Virus record (IMG/VR): IMGVR_UViG_3300028588_000065
Location: 1 to 33,130 of that record
Source: a virus
Lineage: Duplodnaviria; Caudoviricetes
Direction: 5' to 3' (one strand)
DNA length: 33,130 nt
The notes under the pieces are model-generated. The model worked only from the letters and a program-made list of their open reading frames with translations. It was not told the origin of the DNA and did not search any database. The translations under genes and the position numbers were made by a program. Positions 26,655 through 33,130 of the stretch are shown here, piece by piece; position 1 is the first letter of the stretch, and the number at the start of each line of letters is the position of its first letter.

Positions 26655-27479
26655 ATGGTCGCCAAGTACAGCGTCCGAAAGTCCTCGTACGGGGACCTCC
26701 GCGGCGTCGAGCAGTTCGTCATGTCCCCTCGGATCGCGCTGCAGGTGCTGTCCGTCATGGTCGACTTCAACGCCTGGCAGAAGTCCCGCGGCGCGGTCGG
26801 TGCCCTGTCGGTCAACGAGGGCATGCGGTCTCGCGCTCGGCAGTCCTACCTGTGGGCCAACCGCTTCGTTCTCGGTGTCACCGTCGCGCTGCCGTTCACC
26901 TCGCTCCACGACGAGGTCCGACGCGGCAACGCGGTCGACTTCGGCATCACGATGCCGGACGGGTCGAACCGGGCGCTCACTGACCGCGAGTTCGTAAAGC
27001 TCCACGCGCTCGTCGAAGCACGCGGCGGCACGTGGACCGGTGCGAACTTCGGCGAGCCGTGGCACCACGAGATGGCGACCCGCACCGAACGCCTCGCCCC
27101 GTACCCGGACGCCGCCACCCGAGCCGCCAGCACCGCGGCGGACCTCGCCCCTGCACCCCCGCAGCCGACACCCACCGAACCCCTCAGGAGGATCCTCATG
27201 TCAGCAGCCGACACCCTCACCTACTTCCAGCGGAAGGACGACAAGACCGGCAAGCCGCAGGACACGTACTTCGTCGCCGGCCCCGGCCTCTTCGTCGACA
27301 TCGTCCGCGACGGCAAGAAGACCTGGCTCGTCGACCGCGCCGGCATCGACGCCCGCACCATCCGCACCGTCCTCAACCGCGAGGGCGTCAAGGCCGTCGT
27401 GCTCGACGCCCGCGACTTCGACGAACGCCGCGCGGTCTACGCGTCGCTCGCCGAGGCGGCACAGGGGAAGGCAGTCTGA
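26655..27479 (+). CDS. Endolysin, M15-family Zn peptidase plus C-terminal domain
   Basis: EGMRSRARQ, SLH...GNAVD, EPWH motifs; Pro-rich linker; GAGGAGG RBS. Confidence 0.85.
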   Translation: MVAKYSVRKSSYGDLRGVEQFVMSPRIALQVLSVMVDFNAWQKSRGAVGALSVNEGMRSRARQSYLWANRFVLGVTVALPFTSLHDEVRRGNAVDFGITMPDGSNRALTDREFVKLHALVEARGGTWTGANFGEPWHHEMATRTERLAPYPDAATRAASTAADLAPAPPQPTPTEPLRRILMSAADTLTYFQRKDDKTGKPQDTYFVAGPGLFVDIVRDGKKTWLVDRAGIDARTIRTVLNREGVKAVVLDARDFDERRAVYASLAEAAQGKAV

Positions 27480-27883
27480 TGGGCGACCACGAGATCACCA
27501 AGCTGCAGCGGTTCGAGGTCGACGCCATCTGGTACCGCCTGCAGCGGGTCCTCCGGACCGCGTTCACGACGATCCTGACGGGCCTCCCGATCGTCCCGCA
27601 GATCGTGCAGATCGTGCAGGGTCAGTGGCCGGCCGCGAGCGGGCTGACCGCTGTCGCCGTGCAGGCCGTCGCGATCAACGCGGCACTCACCGCGGTCATC
27701 GCGATCCCGAGTGTGAACCGGTGGCTGACCGTCATCGGCTTCGGTTCGGTCCCGCGCGCCGTCGCCAAGGAGACCGCGGCCGCGAATTCGCCGGAGCTGC
27801 AGCCTGCACGGTTCAAGCCGAGCGGCACCGACTACCGCACCGAGCAGGGCGACCCGAGCCCGACCGACGGCGCTGACAGCTGA
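27479..27883 (+). CDS. Holin
   Basis: TGATG-coupled to endolysin; RVLRTAF followed by two hydrophobic segments, IPSVNRWL. Confidence 0.75.
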   Translation: MGDHEITKLQRFEVDAIWYRLQRVLRTAFTTILTGLPIVPQIVQIVQGQWPAASGLTAVAVQAVAINAALTAVIAIPSVNRWLTVIGFGSVPRAVAKETAAANSPELQPARFKPSGTDYRTEQGDPSPTDGADS

Positions 27884-27885
27884 GC

Positions 27886-28344
27886 ATGGGCAACGGAACG
27901 GGGGTGGTCGCTGTGCAGCTGCTCCAATGGCTCGCCGCGGCCGCCCCCGACGCCACCGTCCCCGGCTGGTGGGAGTGGATCAGCGGATCCCTGTCCGTGT
28001 CGGACATCATCTCCGGCAGCGGCCTCGCGTTCATCGTCGGCCTCTTCGCCACCCGGAAGATCCTCACGATCGCGGACCACCGAGCACGCGTTGCCGACCT
28101 CGAGAAGTACTACGCCGCACTGCTCAAGGAGAAGGACGCCAGCGCCGCGGCGCTCGCCACGGCGGCCGACGCTCGGTACGACGAGATGCGCGAGTCCCGG
28201 AACTACTGGCGCGAAGCACACAACGGGCAGCGGGCCCGAGCCGAGAAGGCCGAGGACGGCGTCCGCGAGCTGGGCGTCGAGTACGCGCAGCTCTCCAACC
28301 ACCTGCTGGGCTCCATCGAGCAAGCCGCCGAGGTAACGCCATGA
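27886..28344 (+). CDS. Lysis-cassette membrane protein (TM + coiled coil)
   Basis: Hydrophobic GLAFIVGLFA segment then heptad-rich region; start uncertain. Confidence 0.7.
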   Translation: MGNGTGVVAVQLLQWLAAAAPDATVPGWWEWISGSLSVSDIISGSGLAFIVGLFATRKILTIADHRARVADLEKYYAALLKEKDASAAALATAADARYDEMRESRNYWREAHNGQRARAEKAEDGVRELGVEYAQLSNHLLGSIEQAAEVTP

Positions 28345-28526
28345 ACGAGCAGACAGCAGGACGCGAGGAAGCACGCCGTGCTCGCGACGAGGCCCGTTCC
28401 GCGGGCTACCGCCTCGACGCGCTCCTCGACGGCATCCGCAACGGGCCACTCGCGCAGATGCGGCAGAGTCGCGAGGAGAACCACTTCGCGCAGAAGATGC
28501 GCGCGATCATCCGAGGGGAACACTGA
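28341..28526 (+). CDS. Small lysis-cassette protein (NHF motif)
   Basis: ATGA overlap upstream, TGATG overlap downstream; REENHFAQKMRAII. Confidence 0.7.
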   Translation: MNEQTAGREEARRARDEARSAGYRLDALLDGIRNGPLAQMRQSREENHFAQKMRAIIRGEH

Positions 28527-28888
28527 TGGACGGCTGGTTCAACACCTGGGCCACGGCACCGGCGACGATCGCCGGCACATTCGCGCTGATGACCGCGGTG
28601 CTCTACGGCATCGGGTCAGGCTGGTACAAGTCGCTCCTCGGCATCGTGTTCTTCGGACTCTTCGTCGGCACGATCCCGGTGTTCCTGCTGGTGCTGCTGC
28701 GACGGGTCGCGGCGACCATCGCCGCGGGCGGTCCTTCGAGCTCCGGCGACGGCTTCGGCCTGCTGGCGTTCGCCGTGTACACCTTCGCGGCGATCGTCTG
28801 GGTGGCGGTGTTCTTCACCATCCTCCGCGAGCGCAGTGCCGATCCCGCGCCCGTCCCGCCCGTCCCGCCCGTCGATCGCCGGCGCTGA
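28526..28888 (+). CDS. Three-TM membrane protein, putative second holin
   Basis: Three hydrophobic helices, WYKSLLG motif; end of lysis cassette. Confidence 0.7.
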   Translation: MDGWFNTWATAPATIAGTFALMTAVLYGIGSGWYKSLLGIVFFGLFVGTIPVFLLVLLRRVAATIAAGGPSSSGDGFGLLAFAVYTFAAIVWVAVFFTILRERSADPAPVPPVPPVDRRR

Positions 28889-28915
28889 CCCACGGCGAGC
28901 GCCACCAGTACGAAC

Positions 28916-28952
28916 GAGAGCCCCGCAGACCATGAAGGTCTGCGGGGCTCTC
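28916..28952. terminator. 16-bp hairpin between convergent genes
   Basis: GAGAGCCCCGCAGACC atgaa GGTCTGCGGGGCTCTC. Confidence 0.75.
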
Positions 28953-28968
28953 TCGTCGTTCCCCCAGG

Positions 28969-29616
28969 TCAGTAGACGTTGAACTCGGTGACCACGGGTA
29001 CGTCGTTGGAGCCGCCAACGGTGCATTCGGCGGTGCCGGATGCTGTGGCGTCGTACGCGTTGGTGACGTCGGCTTCGAACTTGACGAAGTAGTGGTCGCC
29101 TTGGTTCTCGCTCGCGAGGACGCCGAGGAAGACGTGTCCCTTCCAGCCGTAGGGGAACTGCTGGTCGCCGTACCGATCGCAGGCGGTGAGTGCGTGGGCG
29201 GAGTCGAGGCCGGCGGCTGTGACGTCTGGATCGGCTTCGGGTGCCGTCGTCGCGGTCGCGGAGGGTGAACTCGTCGCGGCCTTCTTCTTCTTGACGGTGA
29301 GGGTAATCTTCTTCCCCTCCTTCACCTTCTTGCCAGCCTTGACGCTCTGCTTCGAGACCTTCCAGTTCGACTCGAGGAACACCGGCCCGGCGGACTTCGG
29401 CTTCGCCTTGAGCTTCACCTTGAATCCGAGATCCTCGAGCTTGTCACGGGCGTCGTCAGCGGACTGACCGGTCACCTTCGGCGTCTTCACCTTGTCGGCC
29501 GCGTGCGCGGTCGTCGCGCCGCCGAGCACCAATCCGAGGGCAACAAGCATCGCGAAGAGACCCCGCAGCAGATCACGCCCACGTGTCGATCGCTGAGTGT
29601 CCGTCAAGGTCGTCAT
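28969..29616 (-). CDS. Secreted PASTA-domain protein
   Basis: Signal peptide ending AHA-A; PKVTGQSADDARDKLEDLGF...VSKQSVKAG PASTA pattern; C-terminal two-Cys domain; CATGAT 6 nt before ATG. Confidence 0.8.
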   Translation of the reverse strand: MTTLTDTQRSTRGRDLLRGLFAMLVALGLVLGGATTAHAADKVKTPKVTGQSADDARDKLEDLGFKVKLKAKPKSAGPVFLESNWKVSKQSVKAGKKVKEGKKITLTVKKKKAATSSPSATATTAPEADPDVTAAGLDSAHALTACDRYGDQQFPYGWKGHVFLGVLASENQGDHYFVKFEADVTNAYDATASGTAECTVGGSNDVPVVTEFNVY

Positions 29617-29702
29617 GCGGACATCATGCCCCACCGGAGCGTCGCCGCCATCACCCCCGTTTGCGTCGGCTCAGACAAGGCTCCGTCATTGCCGCCCAAA
29701 GT

Positions 29703-29957
29703 TTACGGACGGACCTTGACTGCATCTCGCCACACCCACGCGCAGTCGGCCGCCTGTCCGAACCCCCACTCGACCAGCACGGCGCGCTCCGTGTAGGCAA
29801 TGACGTGCGCCTCGACCTCGAGGATCCGGTCCGGGAACTGCAACCAAGCGAAGACGGGGTCCGACGGCACGACGTCGTAGTCGGGCCCTCCTCGCGCCGC
29901 CTCAGGAAGCGAGAACGCCGAGCGGAGTGCCCACCGATCCCGGCGTCTACGTGCCAT
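29703..29957 (-). CDS. Small beta-rich hypothetical protein (paralogue B)
   Basis: ATG 29957 overlaps upstream stop (TGATG); VEAHVIAYTERAVLVEW...AWVWRDAV. Confidence 0.7.
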   Translation of the reverse strand: MARRRRDRWALRSAFSLPEAARGGPDYDVVPSDPVFAWLQFPDRILEVEAHVIAYTERAVLVEWGFGQAADCAWVWRDAVKVRP

Positions 29958-30250
29958 CAGTCTCGACGTGGTGCCAGCGTGCGTCGGCTCACACTCGAGC
30001 GCGGCACCCATGCGCGCTGCAGTCGCCCCTGCCAGGCGATCTCGGCGTACACGGCAACATCGGACTGGGCTACGGCGAAAGCTTTAACTCTCGGGAGCTC
30101 GCCGATCGGGTCGAAGACCAGGTGGTCAATCCACACGGGCTCCGGAGCATCGAGCGCTGCAGGCTCACCAATCTCGTCGAGCGGCAACGACTCGGCAGCG
30201 TAGACGGGAACGTCCTGATGCTCGGGTGGTGCCCACTTGTACTCGGCCAT
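29957..30250 (-). CDS. Small beta-rich hypothetical protein (paralogue A)
   Basis: MAEYKWAPPEH...VKAFAVAQSDVAVYAEI...AWVPRSSV; CAGCAT 6 nt before ATG. Confidence 0.7.
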   Translation of the reverse strand: MAEYKWAPPEHQDVPVYAAESLPLDEIGEPAALDAPEPVWIDHLVFDPIGELPRVKAFAVAQSDVAVYAEIAWQGRLQRAWVPRSSVSRRTLAPRRD

Positions 30251-30312
30251 GCAGTGATGCTGCCGCCTCCCGCCGACATCAGGCGATGGGCAAGCCGACA
30301 GCATCTGTCGCA

Positions 30313-30618
30313 CTACTGGCGCACTTCCCGCAGATTCTGCGACTGCCAACCTTCCGGGATCGAGGTTAGGTAGGCCTTCAGCGCTGCGTCGTAGTTCGCA
30401 CCGGTCGCCTCGTGTGGCTTCGTCGCGGTCGACCGGGCCCGGGCCTTGATGGTGGTCTCCCCCGTCGCCTTGCTCGTGACCGTGTTCGCCTGCTGCAACT
30501 CGAATCCCTCGAGGTTCAGCCCGGCGATCGCGGCCTGCCTTGCCTCGCTGATGTTGTCGCCGCTGCCTTCGGACTCCTGCGTTTCGGTTGACCGGAGAGT
30601 GCCTACTACTTTCGTCAC
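30313..30618 (-). CDS. Hypothetical protein with internal two-fold repeat
   Basis: RSTETQESEGSGDNISEARQAA...EGFELQ vs RSTATKPHEATGANYDAALKAY...EGWQSQ; GATACT 6 nt before GTG. Confidence 0.75.
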   Translation of the reverse strand: MTKVVGTLRSTETQESEGSGDNISEARQAAIAGLNLEGFELQQANTVTSKATGETTIKARARSTATKPHEATGANYDAALKAYLTSIPEGWQSQNLREVRQ

Positions 30619-30680
30619 CCGCCCAGTATCGCGCGACGCCGCTCACTCGGCTGGCGAGCATCAATCAAGTCGGACGGCCT

Positions 30681-31253
30681 TCATAGCTCCGCCACTGCCC
30701 GCGCGGTGTCGATCGCAGCTACCCAGTCAAGGTTCGCGTCGGTGGCTGCAGCGTGGAACTTCACGCGGCCACGGACTGCGGTTTCCGTGTTCGTGAACAG
30801 TCTGTTGTCTAGCCCCACAATCAGCGTTGCAACGGCGTCCTGGAGGCTCCGGTAGGCATCTAGGTCTTGCGCTTCGAGTGCGGTCACGAGCTTGCCTGCC
30901 GCCGAGGCGGCGGACTTGCGGGCTTCTGGCGTGGACTGATCGGCGTGTGAGACAGCCCACGTGTGGAGCGCGGCCATGAGCACCGCGGCTTCGTCATGGG
31001 CTGGGCCTGAAAGCGCCGCGATCCGTGTGTATCGATTCGCCGCCATTTCGACGAGACCTTCGGACTCGAGCCGGGCAATCGCTTCACGCACGGGGGTGCG
31101 CGAGACACCAAGCCAGCTCGTGAGCTCCTCGTCGTTGAGGCGTTCCCCCGCCTCCAGCGTGCCGTTCTCAATGGCGTTGAGCATCTGTTCGTAGACGACG
31201 TCGCGGAGGAGCCGGCGGGGACCCTGGCTGGTCGGGGACTTCGGTACAGGCAT
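30681..31253 (-). CDS. GntR-family transcriptional regulator
   Basis: AIENGTLEAGERLNDEEL...LGVSRTPVREAIARLESEGLV. Confidence 0.92.
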   Translation of the reverse strand: MPVPKSPTSQGPRRLLRDVVYEQMLNAIENGTLEAGERLNDEELTSWLGVSRTPVREAIARLESEGLVEMAANRYTRIAALSGPAHDEAAVLMAALHTWAVSHADQSTPEARKSAASAAGKLVTALEAQDLDAYRSLQDAVATLIVGLDNRLFTNTETAVRGRVKFHAAATDANLDWVAAIDTARAVAEL

Positions 31254-31343
31254 GCGGTGATCGTATCCCGGATATCACGGTCGCAGTGATCAACGCGCGC
31301 TCGAGGCGTCCCTGCCGAATCCGGACCTCAGCATCCAAACCCT

Positions 31344-31364
31344 TGTGTGCACTGCTGTGTGCAC
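31344..31364. repeat. Direct repeat, putative integrase arm-type sites
   Basis: TGTGTGCAC at 31344-31352 and 31356-31364, about 65 nt inside tRNA 3' end. Confidence 0.6.
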
Positions 31365-31377
31365 CTTGGACGCGAAG

Positions 31378-31420
31378 AAGCCCCGCTCGGCAGACCCTGG
31401 GGCCATGCTGAACGGGGCTT
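31378..31420 (-). terminator. Terminator-like hairpin downstream of tRNA-Thr
   Basis: AAGCCCCG...CGGGGCTT extended imperfect stem. Confidence 0.6.
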
Positions 31421-31427
31421 TCTGCGG

Positions 31428-31500
31428 AGCCGCCTGTCGGAATCGAACCGACGACCTATTCATTACGAGTGAATCGCTCTACCGACTGAGCTAAGGCGGC
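31428..31500 (-). tRNA. Host tRNA-Thr(CGT), likely integration target
   Basis: Reverse strand GCCGCCTTAGCTCAGTCGGTAGAGCGATTCACTCGTAATGAATAGGTCGTCGGTTCGATTCCGACAGGCGGCT; TATAGT -10 at 31534-31539. Confidence 0.96.
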
Positions 31501-31544
31501 GCACACTCCATGTCCGGAGTGGCACGAGCAATGACTATACAGGT

Positions 31545-32180
31545 TCAGACGAGTGAACGCGAAACCAGCACGCCGAGCTCGGCGAAGGACCGTTCGAGCT
31601 CGTCGACCAGGTGTGTCCCGGCTTCGGAACCCGACCACTCCCACCATGCGTGGCGCAGGGCGGCGAGGGCGACGATGGCCGCGAGACCGGCGCGGCGACG
31701 AAGCGCCTCAGGGTCCGCGGCGAGCTCCGGGTCGGCGTCTTCGAGCCGCCGTGCGACGGCCGCCTGCAGCTCCGCCTGGAACTCCTTCATGGACGCCATC
31801 CGACGGCTGAACAGCTCCGGGTTCGCGCGGAGGACCTGCTGACGCTCCTCGATGAGCCCGCGCTCCTCGATCAGTTCGCGCGTGGAGTGCACGAGGAGCG
31901 TGCCGATGTCCGCGAGCAGGTCACCGCTCGGACCACCGTCGACGAACGCCTGCAACGCCGCGTCGTCGGGCAGCTGCGGGTCGTCCCCGAGGATCGCCTG
32001 CTCCTTGCTCGGGAAGTAGTTGAAGAACGTCCGCGGCGAGACGTCGGCTCGCCGGGAGATCTCGTCCACCGTGACCGCGCCGAGGCCGTCCTCGAGGGCG
32101 ATCCGGAGCGCAGCCTGCTGGATGGCGCGCCGGGTGGCGCGGCGCTTCCGTTCGCGCAGGCCGGGTTCAGCGTCGGGCAT
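31545..32180 (-). CDS. TetR-family transcriptional regulator (host)
   Basis: GLRERKRRATR...VTVDEISRRADVSPRTFFNYFPSKE. Confidence 0.95.
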   Translation of the reverse strand: MPDAEPGLRERKRRATRRAIQQAALRIALEDGLGAVTVDEISRRADVSPRTFFNYFPSKEQAILGDDPQLPDDAALQAFVDGGPSGDLLADIGTLLVHSTRELIEERGLIEERQQVLRANPELFSRRMASMKEFQAELQAAVARRLEDADPELAADPEALRRRAGLAAIVALAALRHAWWEWSGSEAGTHLVDELERSFAELGVLVSRSLV

Positions 32181-32204
32181 GCCGTGATTGTCGCACGCCG
32201 TGCC

Positions 32205-33130
32205 TCAGCGGCGGGCGCGGGCGATGGTGACGAGCAGTGCTTCGAGCGCCAGGAGTGCCGCCACGTTGGCCGCGATGCGCTGGCGCGCCAGGGCGACGGC
32301 GTCGAGGACCTCGAGCGCGGCAGCGGGCGGTGTCGTCGGCAGCGCGTGCTCGAGCTGGTCTCGCATGGCCAGGTTGACCGGTTCCGCCGGGGCTCCGAGC
32401 CCCAGCAGGAGCAGGTCGCGGTACAGCGAGGAGACGTCCACCAGGATCCGGTCGAGGCCGTCGCGCAGGCTCCGGGTCGCACGGCGTTTCTGATCGTCCT
32501 CGAGGGCGCGGAGCTGCGACCGGAGCGCCGGCGGGATCGTCCCGCCGGGTTCGACCCCGAGCGAGCGCAGGGCCGCGTCGCGCTCTTCGGAGTCGCGCTG
32601 CTCGGTGATGGACTTGGCGTCTTCGTCGGCGACGGCGAGGAGCTCGGCGGCCGCCATGACGGCGTCACCCACGCTCCGCACACCGAGCACGGTCGTCAGG
32701 GTCCGGCGGCGGCGGTCACGTGCGGGCTCGCTCGTGGCCAGGCGCTGCGCCATGCCGATGTGGCTCTGCGCCTGACGAGCAGCATCCATCGCGAGGGCGC
32801 GGTCGACACCGGTCCGGGCGACGAGCAGATCGGCGACGGACTCGATGCCGGGCACGCGCAGACGGACCGAGCGGACGCGCGACCGGATCGTCGGCAACAG
32901 GTCGGCTTCACTCGGGGCGCAGAGGATCCAGACCGTGCGCTCCGGGGGTTCCTCGAGCGCCTTGAGCAGCAGGTTCGAGGTGCGCTCGGTCATGCGGTCG
33001 GCATCCTCGATGATGACGACGCGGTAGCGCCCGACCGACGGCGAGTAGTACGACGAGGTGACGAGCTGCCGGATCTCGTCGATCGTGATGATCACGCGCT
33101 GGGTCGTGAGCACCGAGACGTCGGGGTGGG
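32205..33130 (-). CDS. holB: DNA polymerase III subunit delta' (5'-truncated by window)
   Basis: HPDV, IIEDADRM, NLLLKALEEPP, LLPTIRSR; the holB-tRNA-Thr neighbourhood is usual in actinobacteria. Confidence 0.93.
   Translation of the reverse strand, partial: HPDVSVLTTQRVIITIDEIRQLVTSSYYSPSVGRYRVVIIEDADRMTERTSNLLLKALEEPPERTVWILCAPSEADLLPTIRSRVRSVRLRVPGIESVADLLVARTGVDRALAMDAARQAQSHIGMAQRLATSEPARDRRRRTLTTVLGVRSVGDAVMAAAELLAVADEDAKSITEQRDSEERDAALRSLGVEPGGTIPPALRSQLRALEDDQKRRATRSLRDGLDRILVDVSSLYRDLLLLGLGAPAEPVNLAMRDQLEHALPTTPPAAALEVLDAVALARQRIAANVAALLALEALLVTIARARR

Larger units (their letters stand above)
1..31427. mobile_element. Prophage (siphovirus-like temperate actinobacteriophage), left part outside window, right junction at tRNA-Thr(CGT)
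   Basis: Replication-head-tail-lysis gene order ending at the 3' end of a host tRNA, beyond which lie host tetR and holB. Confidence 0.95.

Noticed and set aside
28849-28873. CCCGTCCCG tandem repeat
   Set aside because: Encodes a Pro-Val-Pro tail; low-complexity coding sequence
29957-30664. 235-aa version of the minus-strand ORF
   Set aside because: Its N-terminal part overlaps the 30313..30618 gene in another frame; the real start is probably ATG 30250

Overview
High-GC actinobacterial DNA; the host looks like Microbacteriaceae, possibly Curtobacterium (inference from gene style, not verified). About 31.4 kb is the right-hand part of an apparently intact siphovirus-type prophage integrated at the 3' end of a host tRNA-Thr(CGT). 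That tRNA sits next to host tetR and holB genes. Gene order on the + strand: replication (HTH initiator with internal iterons, loader-like protein, TOPRIM-AAA primase/helicase), putative late regulator, phage tRNA-Arg(TCT), a structured non-coding region, HNH, candidate cos, terS/terL, portal, head, tail (with a -1 frameshifted chaperone), tape measure, baseplate/fibre and lysis cassette. Minus-strand accessory genes and the att junction follow. The integrase and repressor are not in the window. Best leads: (1) a tandem CCGRAACGG hairpin element placed identically over the ribosome-binding sites of terS and the scaffold gene; (2) a ~260-nt multi-hairpin candidate ncRNA downstream of the phage tRNA; (3) a set of leaderless minus-strand accessory genes, including a coupled pair of paralogous small beta proteins; (4) an endolysin with an internal translation start; (5) domain insertions in two tail proteins. 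All product calls come from motif recognition and synteny; no database search was run.
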